Virus record (IMG/VR): IMGVR_UViG_3300020047_004354
Coordinates: 1 to 53,007 of that record
Length of the DNA stretch: 53,007 nt
Direction: 5' to 3' (one strand)
From: a virus
Part shown: positions 10,617 through 20,561 of the stretch, piece by piece
How positions within the stretch are numbered: the first letter of the stretch is position 1
Layout: every line of letters starts with the position of its first letter
The notes under the pieces: model-generated
Told to the model about the DNA's origin: nothing
Databases searched by the model: none
What the model saw: only the letters and a program-made list of their open reading frames with translations
Program-made: the position numbers and the translations under genes

Positions 10617-11359
10617 AATATATGAATGTATAGTAGGTAGTCAAGCATATCGGCAATAAAACAGAGTATAAAACAGTATTAGAAACATTTAGAAAAGGCA
10701 AGCAAAAATATTATACATTTTCTTGCAATGTTTGTGGAAATATTACTCAATCTTCTCATCAGAAATATCTCTTTAACAAGTGTGTTGTTTGTCAGAGCGT
10801 TGATTATTCAAATACTTATCAACCATCGGGTACATTTATCATTAAAGATAGTTTAGTAGAAAAGAATAAAGATGGTAAAAGAATCTTTACTGTTCAATGT
10901 ACTTGTGGAGATAGTTTTGAAAGAAGGTCTGATGTATTCTTTAGAAGGGAAAAACAAGGAATATTATCTATTTGTCAGAAATGTACTCATATAGAAAAGG
11001 CAATAGTTAGGCAATCCACCACAACAGATGATTTTGTAAAACGCATTCATTTAATCTATGAAACTGGTGCAAAAACACGAAATATTGAATTTAATCTATC
11101 CGTAGACGATATTAATAATTTGATATTTCAAAATTGTTACTATTGTGGAAATATACCTACTTTATACAAATCTGTGGGATTTAAAAATTTAAATATTCCA
11201 AGAGTAGGAATTGACCGAAAGGATGGTAAAATTGGATATATTAAAAACAACTGTGTTCCTTGTTGTGGAATTTGTAATAGCATGAAACTAAATTTAAGAC
11301 ATAATGACTTTCTAAAACAGGTTAAGAAAATATATGAATATCAAAATAAAACAATCTAA
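10609..11359 (+). CDS. HNH-type homing endonuclease with zinc-ribbon repeats, +1 shift at CGG 10651
   Basis: MNKIYECIVGSQAY-[C]-GNKTEYKTVLETFRKG...CNVCGN...CQKC...NCYYCGN...VGIDRKDGKIGYIKNNCVPCCGICNSMKL. Confidence 0.85.
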
Positions 11360-11427
11360 TTTACCTGATGGAGTAGATTTAGAAGTTAAACACAATTTAA
11401 TTTTAGAAGTAAGAAATTGTTATTATA

Positions 11428-11713
11428 ATGATTAAACTATATTTAAAAGATCCAGAATTACTGGTAGGTACATTTACATATCGGAGATCATTGGAACTTT
11501 AGATATAGTAATGAATACCTAAAATCAGATCAGCCATTGATATGGGAATTTCCTAATATTGGAGATAACATATCAACATATATGCCAGCAATATTGAGAA
11601 TTAGATTTAAGGGTAATAAGAAGATTAAGAATAAGGGATTAGAATTTGAGATTAATCAATTAAAGAAACAGGGTAATAACAATCCTGCTTCTTTATATAA
11701 AATAGAATTATGA
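11428..11713 (+). CDS. Hypothetical protein, +1 shift at CGG 11482
   Basis: MIKLYLKDPELLVGTFTY-[C]-GDHWNFRYSNEYLKSDQPLIWEFPNIGDNIS...IEL*; the ATG opens one frame and the long open stretch is +1. Confidence 0.7.
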
Positions 11714-12006
11714 AATTTGAGCACAAAGACGTAGAGTACATTGTGAAGTTTGGTTACTATTATTCCAAACGGAAAAGGATTATTGAGTGTGTAATTTATA
11801 CACAAGAAGAGGGATATGATAATCCTCTAATCAGAGAGACTATTTATTATCCAGAGAATGAACATTTTTCAAAGAAAAGAGCAAGGAATTTAGTTCTTAA
11901 AGAAACATTATCTCCATTTACAGAATCATTTAGATTGTCTGTATGGGATGCTTATTTCACAGAATCAAAGATTTATCCACGCTATAAAAAAATTAAAAAT
12001 GGATAA
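11710..12006 (+). CDS. Hypothetical protein (contains in-frame CGG read as Arg at 11770)
   Basis: Intact 98-codon ORF. Confidence 0.65.
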   Translation: MKFEHKDVEYIVKFGYYYSKRKRIIECVIYTQEEGYDNPLIRETIYYPENEHFSKKRARNLVLKETLSPFTESFRLSVWDAYFTESKIYPRYKKIKNG

Positions 12007-12277
12007 CAGAGACATACAAAATGTTTACGAGAATCTATCATCAGTTAAAGCACCGCCACCTATTAGAGAGGCTTTAGTTAGAGTAATCACAGAGTTATAT
12101 GAAATAACTTTATTGTGTGATGAATTTCCAACAGAAGAAATAACAGATTATCCGGATGAAGATAGTATTGATGCTTTACACGAGTCTGTTGATGATATGA
12201 TTAGACAAGAACAATATGAAGAATTAATGGCAGAATGGTATTTAAATAGAGAAAAAGATGAGTGGACAGAATATTGA
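11999..12277 (+). CDS. Hypothetical acidic protein
   Basis: ORF, start MDNRDIQNVYENL. Confidence 0.65.
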   Translation: MDNRDIQNVYENLSSVKAPPPIREALVRVITELYEITLLCDEFPTEEITDYPDEDSIDALHESVDDMIRQEQYEELMAEWYLNREKDEWTEY

Positions 12278-12827
12278 AGTAATTAATTATGGTACTTCTG
12301 GACAAACGTGGGATGGTGGAGATTTAAGAGGAATGTTTAGAGGCGCTCAAAAAGAATCCGGTGGTAAACTTAAATGGGATTCATTTCTATGGAGAGCATT
12401 AAACAGAGTTAATATTAGGTGGCAAGAGAATAAATCTAAATATCCTATTCATAATCATTTGTTACCATTAAGTAGAACAGAGTTAGAAGATGCTATGTTC
12501 AGACATTATCTTCAATTAAAATCAGGAGATGAATCTGAAGATCATTTATCAGCAATTGTTCTTAATGCTATGATGATTATGGAAGCACAGGAGAATAACA
12601 GTTTAATAGAAGATGGGTTAAGAACGTATAATAAACAAGTTGATGTAACGCATCCATATTATTATGTTCTTACACATTCAGATGGAACTGAATTAATTTA
12701 TTATCCTTGCAGAACACTTCTTTCTTTATTTGTATTACAAAATAACAACGATCCTAATAGATTAATTGTTACAAAAAAGGAAGATGAATTAATTAAACTT
12801 GGAGCAATAAAACATTATTATGAATGA
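12258..12827 (+). CDS. Hypothetical protein
   Basis: 189-codon ORF. Confidence 0.7.
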   Translation: MSGQNIEVINYGTSGQTWDGGDLRGMFRGAQKESGGKLKWDSFLWRALNRVNIRWQENKSKYPIHNHLLPLSRTELEDAMFRHYLQLKSGDESEDHLSAIVLNAMMIMEAQENNSLIEDGLRTYNKQVDVTHPYYYVLTHSDGTELIYYPCRTLLSLFVLQNNNDPNRLIVTKKEDELIKLGAIKHYYE

Positions 12828-13357
12828 ATTAAAGAGTGGATTAAGACAACTGTTTCAGAATAAAGGAATTAATGCTGATGAAGCAATTAGTTTCTTATTA
12901 GCAGTTAAACATCGGACTTGATGTTACTACTTCTGAAGATATTTATATATTTTTAAGTAGAAACAAGTATATTGATAGAGATTTTAATACTAATAAAATA
13001 GTATGTTTAGTAGGATTATATGAGAATGAAGGTGATACTAAGTTAGATACTTCTCTTTTTGATGAAATTGAACAAAGATTACAGGAATATAGAATTCTAT
13101 TTAAACCTGTAAGAACAGGTGGAATGGGAAATAAACAAACTTGTTTAGAATATCTTGTAAGATTTTGTGCAGTTAACAAAAAGACATTTGATGAAGTATT
13201 AGAAGTAACTCAATGGTATATAAGAACATCTCCGTTACCTGCTAACGCGGATAACTTTATTTACAATACTGATATTACATCAGGTAGAGAAAAATCTAGA
13301 TTAGAAACAGCATTTGAGGAATTTGAAACAACAGATCAAACATGGAAATCAATTTAA
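12820..13357 (+). CDS. Hypothetical protein, +1 shift at CGG 12913
   Basis: MNELKSGLRQLFQNKGINADEAISFLLAVKH-[C]-GLDVTTSEDIYIFLSRNKYIDRDFNTNKIVCLGLYENEG... Confidence 0.8.
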
Positions 13358-14387
13358 AACCTAAGTTTATTAGTATTAAAAGTCTATTTCCAGATTTATC
13401 TAGATTTATTCCCGGATGGATTAGAGGAACATATTATTGTATTACTCGGAGCAACAGGTTCAGGTAAATCTAAATTTGCTAGATATGTTTATGTTAATTG
13501 GGTATATCATTATTGTAAAAACAATAATATACCATTTAAAGTAGTATATTTTGCATTAGAAGAATCAGCAGATTATTTCTGGACAACTATTCTATTAGAT
13601 AACTTTAGAGAAATCACAGGTAAATCATTATCTTGGTATCAATATAAAGGATATGAGGATGGGATGACAAAAGAAGATTATCAGATAATTCAAGGATTAA
13701 TTCCTGAACTAGATGATATGAAAAAATATGTTATGGTTTATGATGATGTTTCTAATCCTACAGGATTATTAAAGACTGTAGAAAAGGAATTAGATGGTAT
13801 TGGTAGAGTAGTAAAAGGAGAAACTATTATAGATGAGTTTGGTAATGAAATTACTAAAAAGTCATTTGTTTATAATGATCCTGATTTTCATTTAGTTGTA
13901 GTTGCTGACCATATAGGTTTATTAGCACCAGAGAAGAACGAATTTGCTCCTGTAACAACATTACACCAAGCAATTGGTAAATGGTCAGAGTATGTGGTTA
14001 AATTGATCTGCAAGAGATATAATGCCATATGTGTATCGGTACATCAGCAGCAAATGAGTGGTGAGAATAATGATAATTTTAAATTAGGAAGATTAGAACC
14101 TTCAGAAACTAAACTGCGGGGATAATCTTCTCGTTGGGAGGGACTACGCAGTAACCATTGGATTATTTAATCCTATTAAGTATGGTCTAAATACATATTT
14201 AGATTATAATACCAGAGAGTTAGGTGATAACTTCAGATCTGTTCATGTTATTAAACATAGAAATGGATTATCAGGTTTAGCAAAAGGAATGTGGTTTGAT
14301 GGAGTCAGTAATAAATTTATTGAACTACCTAAAGCCAAATCAACGGAATTAACAACATTTATAAATAAAATTAGAACTAATGTTTGA
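13342..14387 (+). CDS. DnaB-like replicative helicase / RecA-fold ATPase, two +1 shifts (CGG 13447, CGG 14117)
   Basis: ...FIPGWIRGTYYCIT-[C]-GATGSGKSKFARY (Walker A), DFHLVVVADHIGLL (Walker B), EPSETKL-[C]-GDNLLVGRDYAVTIGLFNP. Confidence 0.9.
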
Positions 14388-15184
14388 TTTACCAACACAA
14401 TCAACAGTAACAACAAAGAATCCAAGGCGTTTAGTAGTATTTGCTCATACTAAAGCACGGAAAAACAGAAACAATAAGCAAGTTACCAAGTAACTTAATT
14501 ATTGATCTTGAACAAGGTGCAGAGTTTGTGGAATGTACCAAGTTAGATGTAATTGATATTATTCGTAAGAATAAATCTAACCCGTTAGTAGTTATTCAAG
14601 AACTTGGAAAGAAGTTAGATAACTATTATAATGAGCATGGCAAATATCCTTATGATTATCTTACTGTAGATACAACATCTGCTTTAGAAGAATTTGCAAG
14701 AAAGTATGCTACTATTATGTATAAAGCGACTCCTATTGGTAAGAGTTTTGCTGGTACTGATGTAGTATCTGAATTACCATCAGGAGGTGGTTATGATTGG
14801 CTTAGAAAAGCCTTTGATGAACTTCTCAAACCTATTGAGAATAGATGTAACAAATGTTTTATCTTGGTAAGTCATGTTAAGAATTCTTCTATCAATAAAC
14901 AAGGTAAAGATTTGCAAGCAAAGGACATTCAATTGACGGGGAAGTTAAAAAGTATAGTGTGCGCCGAGGCGGATGCCATCGGATATATTTACAGAAACCC
15001 ACAGAATGCTAATCAAACAATGTTAAGTTTTAAAACTCATGAACAGGATTTAGCAACTGGCGCAAGACCAGACCATTTGGCTAATCAAGAGTTTGTAATT
15101 CTTGAATTAGAAAATCCTGATTATATTACTAAAAAAGAACCACGAAGGTTCAAAAATAATTGGAATCAAATCTTTTTAGATTAA
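14380..15184 (+). CDS. Sak4-like/AAA_24-type recombination ATPase, +1 shift at CGG 14458
   Basis: RRLVVFAHTKA-[C]-GKTETISKLPSNLIIDLEQGAEF...YLTVDTTSAL...CFILVSHVK; the shift lies in the AGKT of Walker A. Confidence 0.88.
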
Positions 15185-15567
15185 TGAATCTACAACCACA
15201 ACAAGTAAAAGCACTAACAAACCTCTTACACACACTGATTAATTCAGATAGAGAACAGAAGTATCAAGCAGAATTTGAACAGAAGAAAAAAGAACTTCAA
15301 CAAAAGTTTGATGCTGACATTCAATATGTTGAAGCCTGTTTATCTAAATGTCCTTTTAAAGTTACATTTGCTGTACCAATTCATTCAGAAGGAATATTCT
15401 ATGGAAAAGGTTGGATAGTAGATGATTACAATGTTAAATGTGTTTTCCCGTCACCACTTTATGTGGATAAATTTACAATAGAACAAGATATTTGGTTAGA
15501 GTCTATTGAAGCAACTAATTTACAATCATTAATTAATACTATAAAAAATAAGTATGTTACAAACTAA
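15184..15567 (+). CDS. Hypothetical protein
   Basis: ORF, start MNLQPQQVKAL. Confidence 0.65.
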   Translation: MNLQPQQVKALTNLLHTLINSDREQKYQAEFEQKKKELQQKFDADIQYVEACLSKCPFKVTFAVPIHSEGIFYGKGWIVDDYNVKCVFPSPLYVDKFTIEQDIWLESIEATNLQSLINTIKNKYVTN

Positions 15568-16393
15568 CAATCCGTATGCAGGAACCAGACAAGGTGCTGG
15601 ACAGTATCAAATTTACACAGGTCTTGAAAACTTCCAGTTTCTTGGAGTAAATCCAGACAAAACTACTCTTGAAAAATGGCAAGGTAGAGAAATCTCTTTT
15701 GATCCATCTTATGATATTGTACAAGATCAGAATGGTAATAACCAACGTCCATTACATATCTGGCTTAAAGGTGATGTTGTAGGAGTGCAAAGATTTATTC
15801 TCAATATTGGAGATAAGCAACCAACAACTCAATCAGGTAATTATCAAGTAATCACAAGTAATGGTTCTATTGTATGGGCTAAAGCATCTGGTAGTCCTGA
15901 TGTTAAACCTGAATTTGCAGATCACAAACCATTGGTTACTGGTGAAGCAGCATTGATTACTTTTGTACAACGTCTTGTATCTTTTGATCGTAATTCTGGT
16001 GAAGATTTTTATGCTCAAATGCAACAATTGAAGCAAGATGCTAAATCTGTATTTGACGGAAATTATCAAGGTTTAAATCAACTTGCTGATATGATGGATG
16101 GTACTTATGTTACTTTGCCAATGGTAGTAAAAGATAAGGATGAAGCAACTCAAGATGGTGGAATTGTTACTAAACAACGTATGTCTATTGGAGCAACACA
16201 ATATAACTTAGATAAAGTTATGTTCTCTGGTAAAGTATCTGAATGGGCTAAAGGACAATTCACTAAAAATGTTACAGCAGATAACAATCTTCTCAAAGGT
16301 ATGTACACAGTAGATCTTGTACCATTTAATCGAGACACGGTTCTTAACAATGTTCCAAATAATCCAACCACAACAGTAGAGTGGAATAGTTAA
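15554..16393 (+). CDS. Probable single-stranded-DNA-binding-type protein
   Basis: Intact 279-codon ORF in the replication cluster; position and composition only, no diagnostic motif. Confidence 0.4.
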   Translation: MLQTNNPYAGTRQGAGQYQIYTGLENFQFLGVNPDKTTLEKWQGREISFDPSYDIVQDQNGNNQRPLHIWLKGDVVGVQRFILNIGDKQPTTQSGNYQVITSNGSIVWAKASGSPDVKPEFADHKPLVTGEAALITFVQRLVSFDRNSGEDFYAQMQQLKQDAKSVFDGNYQGLNQLADMMDGTYVTLPMVVKDKDEATQDGGIVTKQRMSIGATQYNLDKVMFSGKVSEWAKGQFTKNVTADNNLLKGMYTVDLVPFNRDTVLNNVPNNPTTTVEWNS

Positions 16394-16394
16394 G

Positions 16395-17344
16395 ATGTAT
16401 AAAGGATGTTCTCAAAACTACATCAATGTAAATGATTTACTGAATGTCGTTTCCCAAGAACAAGTATTTTTGAATTATTTACGGAATATATCCTGACTTA
16501 AATCAAAGATATAAAAGTCCTTTTAGGAAAGATAATAGTCCAGGGTGCAGATTCGTCTGGTACTCTGGACTATTATATTTTGTAGATAATGCTGCATTCA
16601 AGGGAAAACTATATTGGAGTATATTTGATGTGGTAAAAGAAGTTAAGCGGACTTAACTTTAAACAGGCATTACATGAAATTTCTACTTTAACTGACGGTA
16701 AGTTAGTTAGTAAGGATAATAGAATTTATAAACTTAAAACACAAATAAGGTTCACTCATAAAGAGTTTACTACCAATATATTTAATTTGGATAATGCTCA
16801 ACTAAACAAAGAATTAATATTTTTAGTTGAAGATTATTGGATTCAGGAGAAAGGAGAGTGGCATAAGAATAAATATCATAATCCTCATAAGATAGATACT
16901 ATATCTTATTATTTCCCTGAAACTAATCATGTAAAACTATACTGGCCTAATCAAGAATTTAGATGGTATAGTAATTGTTCAAATAATGATATATTTGGTT
17001 GGGATAAAATTATACATTATTCTACTTTAACCGATACTATAATTATTACTAAAAGTCAGAAGGATAGAATATATCTTGACTACCACTTAGGAATACCAGC
17101 AATAGCATTACAAAATGAAGGTAGTTATATTCCTTCAGATAAAGTAGATATGATTGATGATTTATTTGTAAGAAAGATATTCCTATATGATAATGATTAT
17201 ACAGGAATTGATGTTAGTAATAAATTATCAGAGAAGTATAATTGGGAAAATAGAATAATGGAATGTGAATATAAAGATGTGTATGAATTTTATAATAGTG
17301 ATGAACAAGGGTGTGAAACATATATAAAAGAATTAATAAAATGA
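16395..17344 (+). CDS. DnaG-like primase (zinc-finger-like N-terminus plus Toprim), two +1 shifts (CGG 16482, CGG 16648)
   Basis: ...QEQVFLNYL-[C]-GIYPDLNQRYKSPFRKDNSPGCRFVWYSGLLYF...FDVVKEVK-[C]-GLNFKQALHEIS...IIITKSQKDRIYLDYHLG...IFLYDND. Confidence 0.88.
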
Positions 17345-17682
17345 TATATTATTATAAAAGTGCCGCATCTGGAAGAATTAAGTTTGTAACTTTTACTAAA
17401 GAATGGTCTAATGAAAGAATGTCAACTAATAAAAATTCTATTAATGGTTTAAAATCATTCGATGAACTAAAAGGTTGTAAAATTAAGTTAGATAAATACG
17501 AAGGAATAATTCTTGGTTGTCAACCAATAGATGAAATAATTAAAGGAAAGTATGTTGGTGATAATAGATATTTAGGAAGAAAAGATGTATTAAATAGAAA
17601 TAATTTAGTACAGATATTTTGGACAAAAGGAGTTTTACCAACATGGCAACCATTTTATAAATTAGAATTATGTGGTCAGTAA
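17341..17682 (+). CDS. Hypothetical protein
   Basis: 113-codon ORF. Confidence 0.65.
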   Translation: MIYYYKSAASGRIKFVTFTKEWSNERMSTNKNSINGLKSFDELKGCKIKLDKYEGIILGCQPIDEIIKGKYVGDNRYLGRKDVLNRNNLVQIFWTKGVLPTWQPFYKLELCGQ

Positions 17683-17903
17683 AGATAACAGTGGAAGAAA
17701 GGTATAAATACTTTGAACCAATATTACCAGATATAAAAGCAGATATTAAATTGTTTTGGGATTTATGGTCAAAAGCATATGGTTCATTAACTTATTATCA
17801 ATTGTATGCTATTTTAATTGAACTGTATAATAAAACAACACTTAGTTCTTTTATGATTGAAAGAACATTAGATAACCAATATCAAATAACGTTTTATGAA
17901 TAA
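17670..17903 (+). CDS. Hypothetical protein
   Basis: 77-codon ORF. Confidence 0.55.
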   Translation: MWSVKITVEERYKYFEPILPDIKADIKLFWDLWSKAYGSLTYYQLYAILIELYNKTTLSSFMIERTLDNQYQITFYE

Positions 17904-18153
17904 GGAAACAATAAACATTGGGGAATTATTTGATCTTCACAATATTTCAGATTTAAGTAAGTTACCCGGATTTATAATTATTGAAAATGATTGTACAGGA
18001 GATTCTCAGCGTCAAACAATTGTTCAAAGAGTTTCTGATAAGAAATACTTTAAAATCTATTGGTCACAATTAGATGTTTTTAGAGATACTCTTCATAGAG
18101 AAAATGGTTATGAAGTATTTCCTAAACAAATAACAACTACAATCTATGAATAA
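17896..18153 (+). CDS. Hypothetical protein
   Basis: 85-codon ORF. Confidence 0.6.
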   Translation: MNKETINIGELFDLHNISDLSKLPGFIIIENDCTGDSQRQTIVQRVSDKKYFKIYWSQLDVFRDTLHRENGYEVFPKQITTTIYE

Positions 18154-18382
18154 AGAATTTGTATTAACAAGTAAAGAAAGAGAACAACTATTTACATTTG
18201 ATTTAGATAATAAATATCCTGTACTAAGATTACAATCTGCTCTCTGGAACATAAAACCTAAGAATCAGCATAGAAGTGTTTTTGTGGATATTTATATGGA
18301 TACTTACGATTATGAGGGTTGCCTGTTTGAGATGGTTTCAGATAAAGAGAATTACAAATTAATCATTTATACCAATGACTAA
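18146..18382 (+). CDS. Hypothetical protein
   Basis: 78-codon ORF. Confidence 0.6.
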   Translation: MNKEFVLTSKEREQLFTFDLDNKYPVLRLQSALWNIKPKNQHRSVFVDIYMDTYDYEGCLFEMVSDKENYKLIIYTND

Positions 18383-19076
18383 TGTAACAGAAATAGTATT
18401 AAGTCAAATTCATCCTGAATGGAAGAAATTGTTCTTTAATAGTACTGATACTAGATTAGTAGATTTATTAGATGAAACTATTAGAAATGTAATGAATACT
18501 GGTCATAAGTTATGTCCAGATCATCCATCTAAAATACTTAAGTGTTTATCTATTTATCCAGAAGATGTGAAGGTTGTAATATGCTCGCAAGATCCGTATC
18601 CACAACCAGGAATAGCACAAGGCTATGCTTTTAGTTGTATAGATAAATGGCAACCATCTTTAAGTATTATGGTTAGAGAGTTGGAACAAGAATATCAAAC
18701 TAATGATCTAGCGTTAACATTTGATGGAACTTTAAAGCATTGGGTAGATCAAGGAGTAGTATTACTTAATGCTAGTTTAACTTGTGAACAATGGAAACCT
18801 AATAGTCATTTTGCTATATGGCAACCATTTATGACAGAATTGTTTAAACTCTTTAACGAATTTAAAATTATTAGAGAGTCTAATGATTCTTTAGTATTTG
18901 TATTTTTAGGAAAAACTGCACAGAGTTATTCTCATTTAATTAATGATTCAATTCATTATAAAATAATGAGAAATCATCCAGCAGCAGAAAAACACGGAAC
19001 TGTTAACTTTGAAGGATTTTATACAGAAGTTAATAATTATTTATCAGAGATAAATAAAGAAATAAAATGGATTTAA
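18375..19076 (+). CDS. ung: Uracil-DNA glycosylase
   Basis: ICSQDPYPQPGIAQGYAF, LLNASLTCEQWKPNSH, FVFLGKTAQ, RNHPAA motifs of family 1 UDG. Confidence 0.92.
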   Translation: MTNVTEIVLSQIHPEWKKLFFNSTDTRLVDLLDETIRNVMNTGHKLCPDHPSKILKCLSIYPEDVKVVICSQDPYPQPGIAQGYAFSCIDKWQPSLSIMVRELEQEYQTNDLALTFDGTLKHWVDQGVVLLNASLTCEQWKPNSHFAIWQPFMTELFKLFNEFKIIRESNDSLVFVFLGKTAQSYSHLINDSIHYKIMRNHPAAEKHGTVNFEGFYTEVNNYLSEINKEIKWI

Positions 19077-19261
19077 AATATAATACAATACCAGAAATTG
19101 CTGAAATTAGACATGATGATTATTTAGGTAAGCCTTATGATGAAATTGATGACCATATTCAGCGCGGATTTGTAGTAGGTTATCAACAAGCAATTAAGGA
19201 TATTTGCGAAACAATGAATATTGACATTGATGATATTCTTAAAAACTTAACCAAACTATAA
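19067..19261 (+). CDS. Hypothetical protein
   Basis: 64-codon ORF. Confidence 0.5.
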   Translation: MDLKYNTIPEIAEIRHDDYLGKPYDEIDDHIQRGFVVGYQQAIKDICETMNIDIDDILKNLTKL

Positions 19262-19657
19262 TGGCAGCAGTAAATAACAAGAGGAAAGGAAGTGATTTAG
19301 AAAGATTAGTAAGATTGGATTTACTTGAATATTGGCCCAAGATACAAACCGCAAGATTAGCCAGTAGATTAATAGATAATTGTAAAATTGATTTATGTAA
19401 TCTACCTTTGAATATCCAATGTAAATCTCGGATATAATAAGGCTCGTCCTAAGTATGAAGAATTGTATCAAGAAACCAAGAATCTATGTAAACAATATTT
19501 ACCAGATAATGATCCAATAAATAATCATCCTTATATTTTAGTTCATAAACTTAATATGAGAAAAACAAAGAACAATAAACAAGAAGAATATCACCAAGTC
19601 ACCATGACATATGAATTCTTTTTAAGACTTATCGAATTATCGCATGATAGATTATAA
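19261..19657 (+). CDS. Nuclease-like protein (possible PD-(D/E)XK / resolvase type), +1 shift at CGG 19429
   Basis: MAAVNNKRKGSDLERLVRLDLLEYW...LCNLPLNIQCKS-[C]-GYNKARPKYEELYQETKNLCKQYLP... Confidence 0.65.
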
Positions 19658-20214
19658 CGTAACAGAAGTGCCTAATCCAAGTATTAGGTACACAAATAGA
19701 TGTAGACATTACTTGTTACCAGCAGTTAGTTTACTTAAATCATTACCTGAAATTATTAAGGTACATAAGGATATTAACGCAGTAACAACTAAATTGTCAC
19801 GGAGGATTAGTTTTATTTATTAGATCAAGTAATTTTGTAAAAGAGTTGGTAACAACTTTACAAAAGAACGATGAATTAGTAGATGAATATATTTACAATA
19901 GAGGTATTCATGTTGTAGAGATTAGACCAGATATTGATTATATGGCATTTCTTGAAGGAAGATATTCTGAAATATATACTCCTGCACAATTAAGAAAATG
20001 TTTTAATCATATTGGAGATAGAATTAATAAAGACTTTGTAGTAATATCAGAATCAGATCAACTACAAGTACTTAAAAAATCTCCTGAATACTTTCCTAAA
20101 TATGTAAAGTATATTAAAAAACAGTTTGGAGAATCTACTAAAGAATCTTCAATTAGAGAACATAAAGAGTATGATATGATGCCTAACCTTAATCAAGAAA
20201 TAATGTATGAGTGA
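19644..20214 (+). CDS. Hypothetical protein, +1 shift at CGG 19800
   Basis: MIDYNVTEVPNPSIRYTNRCRHYLLPAVSLLKSLPEIIKVHKDINAVTTKLS-[C]-GGLVLFIRSSNFVKELVTTLQ... Confidence 0.75.
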
Positions 20215-20398
20215 TACAGAAAGACAAAGAATTGAAGAGGCTTTAAGACAAGCAGAACTTCAAGAACAGAAAAATAAAAATCTTATTAGAATTATTCAAC
20301 GAACTGATCCTAAAGATTTAGAAGAAGAAAGATTCAAAAATTTATCAGATGATGAAAGAAGAATCTTTAGAAAATAAACTTAGAAACTTACTTAGAGA
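20211..20398 (+). CDS. Hypothetical charged protein (MSDTERQRIEEALRQAELQEQKNK...)
   Basis: About 61-aa ORF overlapping both neighbours; start coordinate approximate. Confidence 0.4.
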
Positions 20399-20561
20399 AA
20401 AAGAAGTAAGTTTTAAAGTATCTGAACAATTAGGAAATAAAGAATTTGAACAATGGTTTATTGATACAACAGAAGATGAAGTTCTTGATGTTGTTAAAAA
20501 CTTTATAATAGATGAATTTAGCGAGTGTACAAAAAGTACTGTCAGTAACAAAACATCCTAA
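20352..20561 (+). CDS. Hypothetical protein
   Basis: ORF overlapping its neighbours. Confidence 0.5.
   Translation: MKEESLENKLRNLLREKEVSFKVSEQLGNKEFEQWFIDTTEDEVLDVVKNFIIDEFSECTKSTVSNKTS

Noticed and set aside
6499-11359. Group I/II introns or inteins accounting for split genes near the homing-type endonucleases
   Set aside because: The split halves join with a one-base offset and no intervening sequence; the endonucleases are free-standing ORFs.
13411-13415. Extra C in CCCGGATGG as the cause of the DnaB-like frame break
   Set aside because: Using the in-frame CGG at 13447 instead gives a more typical FIPGWIRGTYYCITGATGSGKS sequence.
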